A stretch of 61,179 bases of DNA, counting the filler, from Globobulimina sp. (lineage: Eukaryota): NCBI GenBank assembly GCA_003354225.1. It is 19 parts of 19 records of this genome, joined end to end, with 100 filler letters (N's around TTAATTAATTAA, not from the genome) between each part and the next. Parts side by side here need not be neighbours in the genome. Positions count along the whole stretch, not along the records: positions 9,684 to 12,810 come from PIVH01003655.1; positions 12,911 to 16,037 come from PIVH01003656.1; positions 16,138 to 19,264 come from PIVH01003657.1; positions 19,365 to 22,491 come from PIVH01003658.1; 15 more parts are not named here. One strand, written 5' to 3'. A program made the position numbers and the translations under genes. This document shows positions 10,685 to 20,339 of this stretch, piece after piece; the first letter of the stretch is position 1; every line of letters starts with the position of its first letter. The notes under the pieces are model-generated. The model was not told the origin of the DNA. It saw only the letters and a list, made by a program, of their open reading frames with translations, and did not search any database.

Positions 10685-12810
10685 ATGGCATCCACCTTTT
10701 TATGTGGCTCAATGAAGAACAAAGCGTCCAGACACCAATACAACAAATCGCATAATATCAACAAACGAAAAAGGAGCTCACAGAAACATTATCGTACATC
10801 ATCTGTAAACAATAATGGCAACAAGTATTACAACAAAAACAATATCAACACAGAACACTATGATTTCAATTGCAATCAAAATGAATCGTCGCTAAGCGAT
10901 CTCGGAGACCACGATGGCATCGATCCCCATGACAATGATATGGACGACGAAGAAGAAGAAGACATTCAACAACAACACATTGAGCAAGAAGACGAAGAGG
11001 ATGAAAACACGCAAAACAGTGCACAAATAAGCATAGCCAGATCAAGAGGGCAATCTTTGAGTTATAACATGGTGGTAAACAACCACAACAGCAACATCAA
11101 TGATTTCAGCCTCAATTACAATGGACACATTTCCAATCATGCTTCGCCGCAACACATTTCTGACCACGCTTCGCATGCTTCCAACCCATACCAACTGATA
11201 CTTGATCAGAAAAAGCTACACAAAGTGGTGAAAAGTGTGCAATATCCAGTTAAGTATATACCGCACACATATTCCACATGCGATAATGCGTTTAATTGAC
11301 ATTACAGTATCTATCCTGGCATTATTTCGACGACAAATTCGAGCCCGTCATCGATGTGCAACGCCGCAAAGTCGACCCCGGCCCAGTCATCTTGCGGTTG
11401 GATGGCAAGACCTACGCCAAATGCATTCCGTGTTCGCGCGACAACATGGATCGCGAGCTATTTTCAGAAGAGACCGTGTTGAATATCATCAAGTGGTCGC
11501 TGCGCCATTTCATAAGTTACTGCGCCGAGTATAACCACGACTGCACCTTCATGAAAAAGGCCAGGAATTACAAGACAAAGCTGCAGCAATCCATCGCCCA
11601 AAGCAAGTCTTTGTTGTGCGAGAAAATCAAATTACAGCAACAGACCGACAAATTGTACCATCAGTTATCGAATTCCATCAAAAAGGAGCAGTTTAACGCC
11701 ATGGCGATGAACAATGCGGACTTGAAAACCTATAAAGAGTCGTCCAAGCATTGGAAGAAAGAGTGTGCGAAAGAGAAGAAGAACCAGCAAAACACGAGTC
11801 GGGACTTCCAGGAATTGCTGAAAAAGTCAAATACGAATACGATGCAATACAACCAAAGCATCAAACAGCAGCGAAATAACATAAACGAGCTACAGCAAAC
11901 AATCAAGAACTTGACCAATGACAAGAATCAGTTTTACGAAAAGTCGGTGAAATTAAGCAAAAATAAAGCCGAGTTGAAGCAGAAAATCGGTGAGATTCAA
12001 CTGCAAAATGATGCCTTTTGCGCGCAAATGCAAACTGTCAAAAACAAACAAATTGAAAATGTGAAAAATAGGCAAATTGAGCATGATTCGGAGATGAATC
12101 GATATCAAACTTTGGCTCAAAAGCAAGAGAAAGCGGTCAAGAATTTGAGGAATGAGTTGAAAATCAAAAGTAATGAATTTGTGGAATTGAATGAAATGTA
12201 TCAAGCACTCTGCAAAAAACATACAAATTTACAGACTGAAATGCAAGAAATGCAAGAAAACCATGAGAATGTCAACGAATTGCAACTGAAACTGGACAAT
12301 ACAGCGAATAAATTACAGCGGGAATTGCAATTAAAACAAGAAAACGCAGAAAAATATCAAGCGATTGAGACTAAATTATCAAACCTGCAACAAATAGAAA
12401 CTCAATTATCCGACACCCAGCAACAAAATGGAAATCTAATCCAAATCAACAACGAATTGCAAACTGAAATCAATGAATTCAAATCCAAACAAGAACAGCA
12501 CGACCAACAAATCACGGCATTAAACACGCAAAATAAAGCCGCCTTTGCCCTGACTATGCAGCACAATTTGACCAAAATCAAAGACTTAAACCACGAACTC
12601 GACCTAAAAAACGAGCAACTCGACGAGCTGAGTGAGGCAGAAACGCGCTGCAAACAAGAGATGGAAATCATGCGTGGAGAGCGAGCAAAGGACATTGAGG
12701 CACTACGCAATCGGTTCAATGCCAACAAATCTCAGCAAATACAAGAGCTGAATCACAAATTAAATGTGGAATTAGAAAAGTTAGCCGCTGAGAATGACGC
12801 CATGTGCGAC
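10685..12810 (+). CDS. Long coiled-coil protein with low-complexity N-terminus, intron 11249..11307, 3'-truncated
   Basis: A phase-0 GTTAAG..CAG intron (59 nt) joins KSVQYP to YLSWHYFDDKF. About 400 aa of heptad-rich Q/E/K/L sequence runs to the contig end. Confidence 0.75.
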
Positions 12811-12933
12811 NNNNNNNNNNNNNNNNNNNNNNNNNNNNNNNNNNNNNNNNNNNNTTAATTAATTAANNNNNNNNNNNNNNNNNNNNNNNNNNNNNNNNNN
12901 NNNNNNNNNNCCTAATATAAACACTTTAATCAA

Positions 12934-13164
12934 ATGAAAAAACGCTTAATATCAATTAGTTATCGCTTGAAATGGCAATTAAATTTTGATAATAAATATA
13001 GGTGGACTGAGTGTGGCAAATTGTTCAACATTCAAACAGGCAGAGAGATAAAAAAACGAGTCAATGGTTATTCTGTTGGGTATTGGATTGGCAGAAAGTT
13101 TTATACATTGAATAAATTAAAAATTCATTTAGAAATAATAAGGGATGTTGAATGCCCGTTCTAA
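12934..13164 (+). CDS. Phage-type hypothetical protein
   Basis: Short intronless basic ORF ending in CPF, within a tightly packed prokaryote-like contig. Confidence 0.65.
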   Translation: MKKRLISISYRLKWQLNFDNKYRWTECGKLFNIQTGREIKKRVNGYSVGYWIGRKFYTLNKLKIHLEIIRDVECPF

Positions 13165-13198
13165 TTAGATTTAGCAATACTTAATTAAATATACAAAT

Positions 13199-13654
13199 AT
13201 GTTTTACGATTTAGACAACGATAACGAATTACAAGCTTTTTACAGCCGATCTAACGAGCTTAAATTTAAGAAAAGCATAGTAGAGTTGAAGCAGGTTAGA
13301 AAGTCACGTACAAGTTTAGCAAATGCAGCCTTGCACTTATTTTGCACTCAGATAGCAGATCAATTTAATAATCTTGGAATGACTTACAATTATTTAGACC
13401 CAATGAATGATGGTTTAATTATCGAAACTACATACACAATGGTGCTGGTTAAAGAAAGTATTTGGAAGCCAGTTCAATTTACTTTATACGAAATCGAATC
13501 AACTACTGAGTTAGATTCTGATATGATAAGCACTATATCTGAGGCAATAATTAAACATTTTGGGGATAAGGGTATTTGGTTGTTATTTCCAAGCAAATAT
13601 ACTAGGTGGTTAAAAGAGTTAGAGGAAAAAGAAAACGCAATAAACGGAGGCTAA
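13199..13654 (+). CDS. NinB/Orf-like phage recombination accessory protein (putative)
   Basis: RTSLANAALHLFCTQIADQF and STTELD..M resemble the NinB family pattern (RSxxQN..h..IA; STxxL). Phage context. Confidence 0.5.
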   Translation: MFYDLDNDNELQAFYSRSNELKFKKSIVELKQVRKSRTSLANAALHLFCTQIADQFNNLGMTYNYLDPMNDGLIIETTYTMVLVKESIWKPVQFTLYEIESTTELDSDMISTISEAIIKHFGDKGIWLLFPSKYTRWLKELEEKENAINGG

Positions 13655-13656
13655 TT

Positions 13657-14013
13657 ATGGGTTTAAAATTATTTTCAGATGACAAGAATTGCAATTGCTC
13701 AAATAAGGATTTAAATATATTTATTCCAAATCCTAATCCAGCAAATTACAAAGTATTAAGGTATGAAGAAGTAACATTCAATAACATAAGCATACTTGTA
13801 ATCGAATTGAAATACTCAGACTGCACAAATTACAAGGGCAGAAAAATATTGCTATATAAGAATTGTTGTATAAATGATTTACTCAGCCAAAAAGAAATTG
13901 ACCCGCATTTTATTGAGAACAATGATAACTTATATCCATTCGCTAGATTTGAGCCAACAAATAAAGGGTGGGATAATGCAATAAGATTAGCTAGTATTAT
14001 GACTTGTTATTAA
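13657..14013 (+). CDS. Phage hypothetical protein
   Basis: ATG at 13657 follows GGAGG. Contains NPNPANY..YSDCTNYKGRKIL..DPHF..ARFEPTNKGW. Intronless and 2 nt downstream of the previous stop. Confidence 0.7.
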   Translation: MGLKLFSDDKNCNCSNKDLNIFIPNPNPANYKVLRYEEVTFNNISILVIELKYSDCTNYKGRKILLYKNCCINDLLSQKEIDPHFIENNDNLYPFARFEPTNKGWDNAIRLASIMTCY

Positions 14014-14020
14014 CATATTT

Positions 14021-14052
14021 AAAAACCCACCCCTAAATCAATAGAAGGTGGG
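14021..14052 (-). terminator. Rho-independent terminator between convergent phage transcription units
   Basis: Minus strand reads CCCACCTTCTA-TTGATT-TAGGGGTGGG-TTTTT, a stem with one G-U pair and a bulge followed by a U tract. It lies 26 nt after the 14079 stop. Confidence 0.7.
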
Positions 14053-14078
14053 CAAACTAAACTATGAAAAAACCAAAA

Positions 14079-14600
14079 CTAACCAAATATCTTAGGTTTG
14101 AATTTCCTTAAAGCTACAAATAAAGCTACCACGAATAAGCAAATATAAAAAAGATAACCGCCAAAATGCAAAACCCTATGTATAAATGTAACTTTCTTTT
14201 CTATTGTTCTCTCTTTATTTATTTGCAATTTCTCGAGCCTATCTTTACTTATTGCAATCAACTTGTTTTTGAAGTGAAATAACCATTCTTTTGCAGGTCG
14301 TATACATTGGATTTCGATGTAATCATCTTTTATTTTCCACTTAATAATTGGATCGCCATTTTTCTTGTAGTCTATTTTCTTTAATATAGCCTTATTATTC
14401 TCATTGCATTCAATATACATATTTAATATAGTGCTATCTGGAGCGATGAAATATGACGTATCAACAACCTCTTCTTTTATTAGCACCTTTTGATAATCTG
14501 TTACCGTGTCGTATATAGTTTCTGTTTTCCTTATTACCTTACAGCTGAAAGTAATCAATGTAAATGCTAGTAATACTAACCAAATTAAACCATTTTTCAT
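14079..14600 (-). CDS. Lipoprotein with C-terminal TM helix, putative unimolecular spanin
   Basis: MKNGLIWLVLLAFTLITFSC (lipobox-like, Cys20) and C-terminal TM GGYLFYICLFVVALFVAL. Overlaps the endolysin stop (ATGA). Confidence 0.6.
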   Translation of the reverse strand: MKNGLIWLVLLAFTLITFSCKVIRKTETIYDTVTDYQKVLIKEEVVDTSYFIAPDSTILNMYIECNENNKAILKKIDYKKNGDPIIKWKIKDDYIEIQCIRPAKEWLFHFKNKLIAISKDRLEKLQINKERTIEKKVTFIHRVLHFGGYLFYICLFVVALFVALRKFKPKIFG

Positions 14601-15019
14601 TTCTCCAGTCTCCTATATCCTAAAAATCTTTGCTTCGAATATGCAGAAATTTGAACTTTATTACTTTGGTTTCCACCAAGTACATAAATATAGTCTTCTG
14701 TTTCACGAATATAAATCCCAACATGACCGCTCCATCCATTCGGCTCACCTCTCCAAAAAATAACCAAATCACCAATTTTAGGTACTGTTACCTTTTTCCC
14801 AACGCTCAACCAATCCTTTGCAACCAATGTTTTGACTCCATTTAATCCTGCTTTCATTGCACACCAAGAAATAAATGCTGCGCACCATGCAATTTCGTCG
14901 TGTCTAATATTTTTGAATCCTATTTCGTGGTAATATTTCATTACCTCTGGATTGTCATTGTTTCCAAATATCTCACGTTCTCCGTATTCTGATAATGCTA
15001 TTTCTAGTAAGTTTTTCAT
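14597..15019 (-). CDS. TIGR02594-family NlpC/P60 (CHAP) peptidoglycan hydrolase, putative endolysin
   Basis: DEIAWCAAFISWC (catalytic Cys), GDLVIFWRG, WSGHVG (His), YVLGGNQSNKV. Confidence 0.9.
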   Translation of the reverse strand: MKNLLEIALSEYGEREIFGNNDNPEVMKYYHEIGFKNIRHDEIAWCAAFISWCAMKAGLNGVKTLVAKDWLSVGKKVTVPKIGDLVIFWRGEPNGWSGHVGIYIRETEDYIYVLGGNQSNKVQISAYSKQRFLGYRRLEK

Positions 15020-15020
15020 A

Positions 15021-15248
15021 TCAATTAGTTTTTTGTTTTAATGATAGTTCTAATATCTCTCTTGTTACACATTCTTTTTCCAAATCCCAAACCCTGCTTT
15101 CTATTTTCGTAATATTGTCTTTATTATGCTCAATGTTTTCTCTGTTTAATGCAGTCATTTTATTAACTCCTATCAATATGGTCGCCGCTGTTATGATGGT
15201 TGTTCCAATGAACATTATTATTAATGTATTATAGCTCTTCTTATCCAT
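15021..15248 (-). CDS. Single-TM plus coiled-coil protein, holin/antiholin-like
   Basis: N-terminal TM LIIMFIGTTIITAATILIGV followed by a coiled coil (ITKIESRVWDLEK). Lies directly upstream of the endolysin. Confidence 0.6.
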   Translation of the reverse strand: MDKKSYNTLIIMFIGTTIITAATILIGVNKMTALNRENIEHNKDNITKIESRVWDLEKECVTREILELSLKQKTN

Positions 15249-15612
15249 TGTTATCTCCGTATATTGAATAACTGACTGTAAATGTTGCTAACATTAACAA
15301 CGCAAAAACAACACTCCAATTCTCGCTCTGAACAGCTTCACTATATTTAGTATTATTACTACATACTAAAGCTATGTCATAAATAAAACACATTGCTGAG
15401 TACGTAAATACAGTCCAAAAAATAGGTCTATACTTACGCTCAAAATAAGAAATACAAAAAAGCAACAGCCCTATTATAACAATATCATCTTTCGTAAAAT
15501 ATAAAGCTTTCATCAACACATTTATGCTCTTACCATTATCAAATGTATAGAATAATAGCACAAACGAAATGAAAAGATAATAAAACCCAAATATAACTAT
15601 TGCTTTTCTCAT
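15241..15612 (-). CDS. Four-TM membrane protein in the phage lysis cassette
   Basis: Four hydrophobic segments. Abuts the upstream ORF and overlaps the downstream ORF by 8 nt. Confidence 0.7.
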   Translation of the reverse strand: MRKAIVIFGFYYLFISFVLLFYTFDNGKSINVLMKALYFTKDDIVIIGLLLFCISYFERKYRPIFWTVFTYSAMCFIYDIALVCSNNTKYSEAVQSENWSVVFALLMLATFTVSYSIYGDNNG

Positions 15613-15804
15613 TTAATTCTGATTACTTCCTGGGGGATCGGTTGGATGAATATCACCATCCGAATCAATAACACTTTCAACACTCGTATAATCTGGATGT
15701 GCTGCTAAAAATAAATTCCAAGCACCTTGCAGGTTGATTGAAGTAAAATTAGCCGTTTGAGTGACCTCACTTGGCGGCTCAATAAATTCAAATGTGTAAA
15801 CCAT
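15613..15804 (-). CDS. Small acidic hypothetical protein (63 aa)
   Basis: Starts in a TAATG overlap with an upstream truncated ORF (..FYDYIGQKGIRKFVKFIVKKIKKLGGKK*). Its stop abuts the next ATG. Confidence 0.65.
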   Translation of the reverse strand: MVYTFEFIEPPSEVTQTANFTSINLQGAWNLFLAAHPDYTSVESVIDSDGDIHPTDPPGSNQN

Positions 15805-16137
15805 TACTTTTTCCCTCCCAATTTTTTGATTTTTTTAACAATAAATTTAACAAATTTCCTTATTCCTTTTTGACCAATGTAGTCATAGAATAATCCAATA
15901 GCTAAAGATAATACAATTTCATCCCCTAGTATTATATCAAATGAGTATTTAAGTCACAATCGGTCAATAATTTATTTCAGTTCTTCAGCTATGGATGGTT
16001 ATGATTAGATTCGTAAAAGAATCAATTAAGCATATTTNNNNNNNNNNNNNNNNNNNNNNNNNNNNNNNNNNNNNNNNNNNNTTAATTAATTAANNNNNNN
16101 NNNNNNNNNNNNNNNNNNNNNNNNNNNNNNNNNNNNN

Positions 16138-16332
16138 CCAAAACACCTCAATGCGCTCATATCCCGCTTCATATTTATTTATATGCATATAATATTGCAT
16201 GAGCATAGCAGCAAAATAAAGATCCCCATTATCAATCAAATGACCACGATGGGCATAATCCTTAGTGACAGGATTGATAGGCGAATGATCAAAGATATTG
16301 CCTTCCAACGCCTTGTTAGGTTTATGCCGCAT
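16138..16332 (-). CDS. 3'-truncated ORF with an RGHL motif (possible His-Me endonuclease)
   Basis: DYAHRGHLIDNGDLYFAAMLMQYYMHIN. The ORF runs off the contig. Confidence 0.35.
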
Positions 16333-16387
16333 AAACAGAGATTGTCTGCCATGATGTATCGATGTTGACGTAGTATGTAACGCCGTC

Positions 16388-17386
16388 TTACACTACGCGT
16401 GCAAATCGAGCACTATCTACGCGCAAAGGAACAGAACCGGCCTTGTCAGGTTTATTAGCTTCAAGCAATTGTACAGAATTCAAAGCATCTTTATACGTGG
16501 TCTTAGGCGGTGGTTGGCGACGAGTGGGCAAAGGTGACGGTCGTTGTTGTGATGAGATGCGAGTAAGGGGCGAAGGCAAAGCTTGCTGTGGTTGATCAGA
16601 ACGGGGCGCACTGTCCATAGATAAGGTCAGGGATTGATTGTGATGCATATGCTGAATGTTACGCAATTTCTGTGCAACAAACTGTTTACTGGGAACCGTA
16701 CGATTGCGGCGATTATTACGTCTGCCACGACGAGGGAGATTACGGAGGATCGAAGGATTACTAATTTGTTCCTCCAAACCATACGAAATAACTTTGGTAT
16801 TTGATTCATTGCTGCCATCGTCTAATCCAGCGATCTTCGCCAAATAATTAGTCACTTTATTATCAAAATTCTCTATAAAACGATGGTCAGAGGGTACATA
16901 ATACTGAATCGCATCAATAGTAGTCGGGAAATGCCGATCAAAGAGAGCGACTTCGGTGCCACACCATTGATCTACGGACTTAAATCGAGCGATTGTGACT
17001 GTAAAGAGAGTGCTCCATACAACGTCAACAATATATAACAATGTACCATTAGCTTCTATCTCGGATTTAAATATTTTAATATGTTTTGGATGCCAATCAG
17101 TATTTGTATACGATCGCTGTTGTGCATTAACGCTTAATTTGAAGTATGTATTGGCAGCAATATCAAATTTCGACGCCAGACAGTAATTTTGCTCTAAAAT
17201 ATCAACATGATACACAGAACGATCTCGCGGCTGATAGGCAGTGGCAGATTTACAAAGTTTAATATTAGAACCAGACATATTATTGAATGTGTACTTATTA
17301 TTACGAGCGTACACAATCTGGTTCTGCTCATACAATCGGGTACGGTCTCCCATAGGTGCTTCCATATAAGGGATGTATTTATGCAT
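16388..17386 (-). CDS. Unknown protein with an Arg/Pro-rich C-terminal half
   Basis: Intronless ORF of about 330 codons. ATG at 17386 overlaps the upstream TAA (ATGCATAA). Contains PRRGRRNNRRNR and a Pro-rich tail. No family recognised. Confidence 0.6.
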   Translation of the reverse strand: MHKYIPYMEAPMGDRTRLYEQNQIVYARNNKYTFNNMSGSNIKLCKSATAYQPRDRSVYHVDILEQNYCLASKFDIAANTYFKLSVNAQQRSYTNTDWHPKHIKIFKSEIEANGTLLYIVDVVWSTLFTVTIARFKSVDQWCGTEVALFDRHFPTTIDAIQYYVPSDHRFIENFDNKVTNYLAKIAGLDDGSNESNTKVISYGLEEQISNPSILRNLPRRGRRNNRRNRTVPSKQFVAQKLRNIQHMHHNQSLTLSMDSAPRSDQPQQALPSPLTRISSQQRPSPLPTRRQPPPKTTYKDALNSVQLLEANKPDKAGSVPLRVDSARFARVV

Positions 17387-17627
17387 TGTACACGCGATAA
17401 TTTGCAATCTGTATTGTTATGTCAGTTGTTTCTACAAATAAGGAAGCTCTGCGATTCCAGGCATCGATCAAAGCAGTCGTATATAGCCTATCATATACAA
17501 ACAACGCAGAATCGCCAACAGTATAATCACAAATCTCGGCACTTTTGTTAAACCAATTCCCAGTTAAAAGCTCTATTTGATTCAACTGATACTCTTTTTG
17601 TGTGATTAATTGAAGGATGTACGCGAT

Positions 17628-18932
17628 TCATGCCTTATTATCATCGGATTTTGTCAAACTGGGCGGCAATTTACTTGCAAACATAGTCTGTTGTCGTACG
17701 CCCATTATCCGAAAACGGAAATTGTGCCCTAAAGCTAAATAACCTTTCCACGAAGCAATGGGTGAAGGTTTGATATATATGGTTGGCTGTAACGTAGCAT
17801 CCCGCCAAGGATTACGAAATGGACAGGATTCGGTATATTGATCAATGAGAGATTCATCTTTAACACCATCATGGATCATTTTCTGGGTGATTGCCACCTC
17901 ACGATTCAAGCAGTAAATGGCAATAATAAGATCCACAAACTCTTCCTCAAACATTTTAGTGTCAGGATGGCACCAATTTTTAAACAACAAATAGATATCG
18001 GACTCATTATCTGGATCACGGTGAATGTTAACATCTTTATAAGCAAAGCTTAAAATATCACGAAAATTGCGCCAGCCACCGGTACCATAGATATAATCAC
18101 AAATCATCATAAAATCAATAATAGGCGGATTGGGATCATCGGAAACAACATTCGGGAGTATAATTTGTTTGCAGTCAGACTCAGATTCAGATACATTGTT
18201 ATTACTGTTTGCATTCCGACGATCGGCAGGTCGTAGATTAACAGCATCAAAATCAGCAACAGGAGCAAAATATTCATCATTTTCAATAAATGCATCATTA
18301 TCACCGCCAACATTGCCGCTAAGGGCCAACTTCTCACTTTTAATTAGCTCCAAAAATTCATTATTTAATACCGCATATTCTAACATCACTTTTTGATACC
18401 AGCGGCGGTTTGGGGATCGTTTGGAGCCTGTAACAAACGCAAAACCTTTACAAATAGGACTAATATGCGAAACCAAAGCATTTTCCAAAGGAAAATGATA
18501 ATATGCATGTTGCCGATTGGTAGTGATGAAAGTAATGCATCTTCGACCATACTGGCGCACGATCGCATGCGTTTGTTGGAATTGCTGTTGGAATCGAACA
18601 CGAGTTGGTTGCGGAGGGTCTGTTGCATGTTGTTTTTGTTCCGGATGTTGTTGTTGTGTTTGTTTGTGTGCAGTGTTTGTATTGTTACTATGTTGTTGTG
18701 TAGTTTGCTGTTGCTTTTGTTTCTGTTTTTGTTTATGTATTAAAGGACGTTGTTGATATGCAAATGCATAAGTTTCGTTACAATGCACACATGTCCATGA
18801 ATGATCTGCAGAATGCATATCACCAACATAATCCGCACAACAAATCTCACAGAAAGGTCTTTTTAAACTTTTACCAGTAATAGGATCAAAGAGAATAGTC
18901 GGGGGCGAATGCTGGGACGTTTGTTTGGCCAT
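17628..18932 (-). CDS. Unknown protein with an N-terminal C4 zinc finger and Gln-rich tract
   Basis: First ATG 18932 (MAKQTSQH). CEICC...CVHC motif and a QKQKQKQQQTTQQH tract. The frame stays open for 82 more codons after the TGA. Confidence 0.65.
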   Translation of the reverse strand: MAKQTSQHSPPTILFDPITGKSLKRPFCEICCADYVGDMHSADHSWTCVHCNETYAFAYQQRPLIHKQKQKQKQQQTTQQHSNNTNTAHKQTQQQHPEQKQHATDPPQPTRVRFQQQFQQTHAIVRQYGRRCITFITTNRQHAYYHFPLENALVSHISPICKGFAFVTGSKRSPNRRWYQKVMLEYAVLNNEFLELIKSEKLALSGNVGGDNDAFIENDEYFAPVADFDAVNLRPADRRNANSNNNVSESESDCKQIILPNVVSDDPNPPIIDFMMICDYIYGTGGWRNFRDILSFAYKDVNIHRDPDNESDIYLLFKNWCHPDTKMFEEEFVDLIIAIYCLNREVAITQKMIHDGVKDESLIDQYTESCPFRNPWRDATLQPTIYIKPSPIASWKGYLALGHNFRFRIMGVRQQTMFASKLPPSLTKSDDNKA

Positions 18933-19384
18933 TAAAAGATAAATAATATGGATAGATAAGAACCAATCAAAATCAAATAAAACCACACAAATAATTGAGC
19001 TTCTCGGGGCGTATATGGATAGGATATGCTATACAGAAAATGGAATCCAAAAAGGGAGATACAATAAGCGACTAAAAGAAACTTGAAAGTACCACTGAGT
19101 GATACAATACGGAGCGTTCGGGGGAGCGTATAGTGAATAGAATAAATGAGCGTTATAACGAGAATAAATATTGAATTTTGTAAACAAGAAAAGCAGAGCA
19201 TGTAAGTGAAGTGAAGTGAAGTTTATTCCTCTAAACGATATATTCCAAAAGATAACCCCCCCCCNNNNNNNNNNNNNNNNNNNNNNNNNNNNNNNNNNNN
19301 NNNNNNNNTTAATTAATTAANNNNNNNNNNNNNNNNNNNNNNNNNNNNNNNNNNNNNNNNNNNNTCGATGAACATTACAATTAG

Positions 19385-20157
19385 GTGCAGCACAAGGTAT
19401 AGGCAGAGGGATAGCATTACTATTTCATGAACACGGTGCAAAATTGGCTTTATTGGATATTGCGCCCTTAAATGAAACAGTATCACTAATAAAAGATGCG
19501 TCTCCTTCAAATGTACTGTGTGTTAAATGTGATATAAGCGATGAGAAACAGATAATATTATCAATAAAAGAAATTAGAAATCAATTTGGATGCATACATG
19601 TACTTGTAAATAATGCGTGTCATTTTGTGTTTCATAGTGTATTAACAGCAGCAAAACAAGATTGGTTGACATCACTGTCAGTAAATATTATTGGTTCAGC
19701 AAATATTATAAAACATAGTGTAAATTCAAAATTAATGGGCAAAGGTGGAAGTATCATAAATATGTCATCTATTTCTGCATATATTGCACAAAAACATTTT
19801 ACAACATATAGTATCTGTAAAGCAGCATTGTTGCAAATGACGAGAAATACAGCATTGGATTTGTATGATAAGTATGGAATTCGAGTGAATGCATTATGTC
19901 CGGGATTGACTGAAACACCGGCGAGTAAACATGATTATAATCAATTTGCAAAACGTTTAAGAAATGATCCAGAGAATGAAACTAAAATAGCAACATATGA
20001 AGAATGGAAACTTGAAACAGCAAATAAAGTTGCAATTATAAAACGTTTTGCCAAAACAAAAGAAATTGCTTTTGCTGCTTTGTTTTTTGCTTCTGATGAG
20101 AGCTCGTTTTGTACGGGATCTTCTTTAATAGTTGATGGTGGATGGAGTGCGTTGTAA
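19385..20157 (+). CDS. Short-chain dehydrogenase/reductase (SDR), 5'-truncated
   Basis: Exon starts after TTAG with (G)AAQGIG. Motifs VLVNNA, IINMSS, YSICK (YxxxK), IRVNALCPG and VDGG. Confidence 0.93.
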
Positions 20158-20339
20158 ATAAACATGTTGATAAGTACAGTAATATTGTGACTGCTTTGTA
20201 TATGTTTGAACGATAATCCCTCCACCCTTTGTATACATTTCATTCAATATTGAATTTGTTATAAGTTTGTTTTTAGTTTGCATAAAAACTGAGTGATCGA
20301 ATTTTATGCAAAAATCAATTGCAAACAAAAACTGAGCAA

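Noticed and set aside
15930-16037. Possible attachment site or prophage boundary where the upstream phage ORF is cut by a stop
   Set aside because: Only ~100 bp, with no integrase, tRNA or repeat. A chimeric contig end explains it equally well.
17628-17630. TGA=Trp alternative genetic code
   Set aside because: Only one in-frame TGA. The same ORFs use TGG for Trp repeatedly, and host genes use TGA as a stop (e.g. 1443, 2172, 6151).
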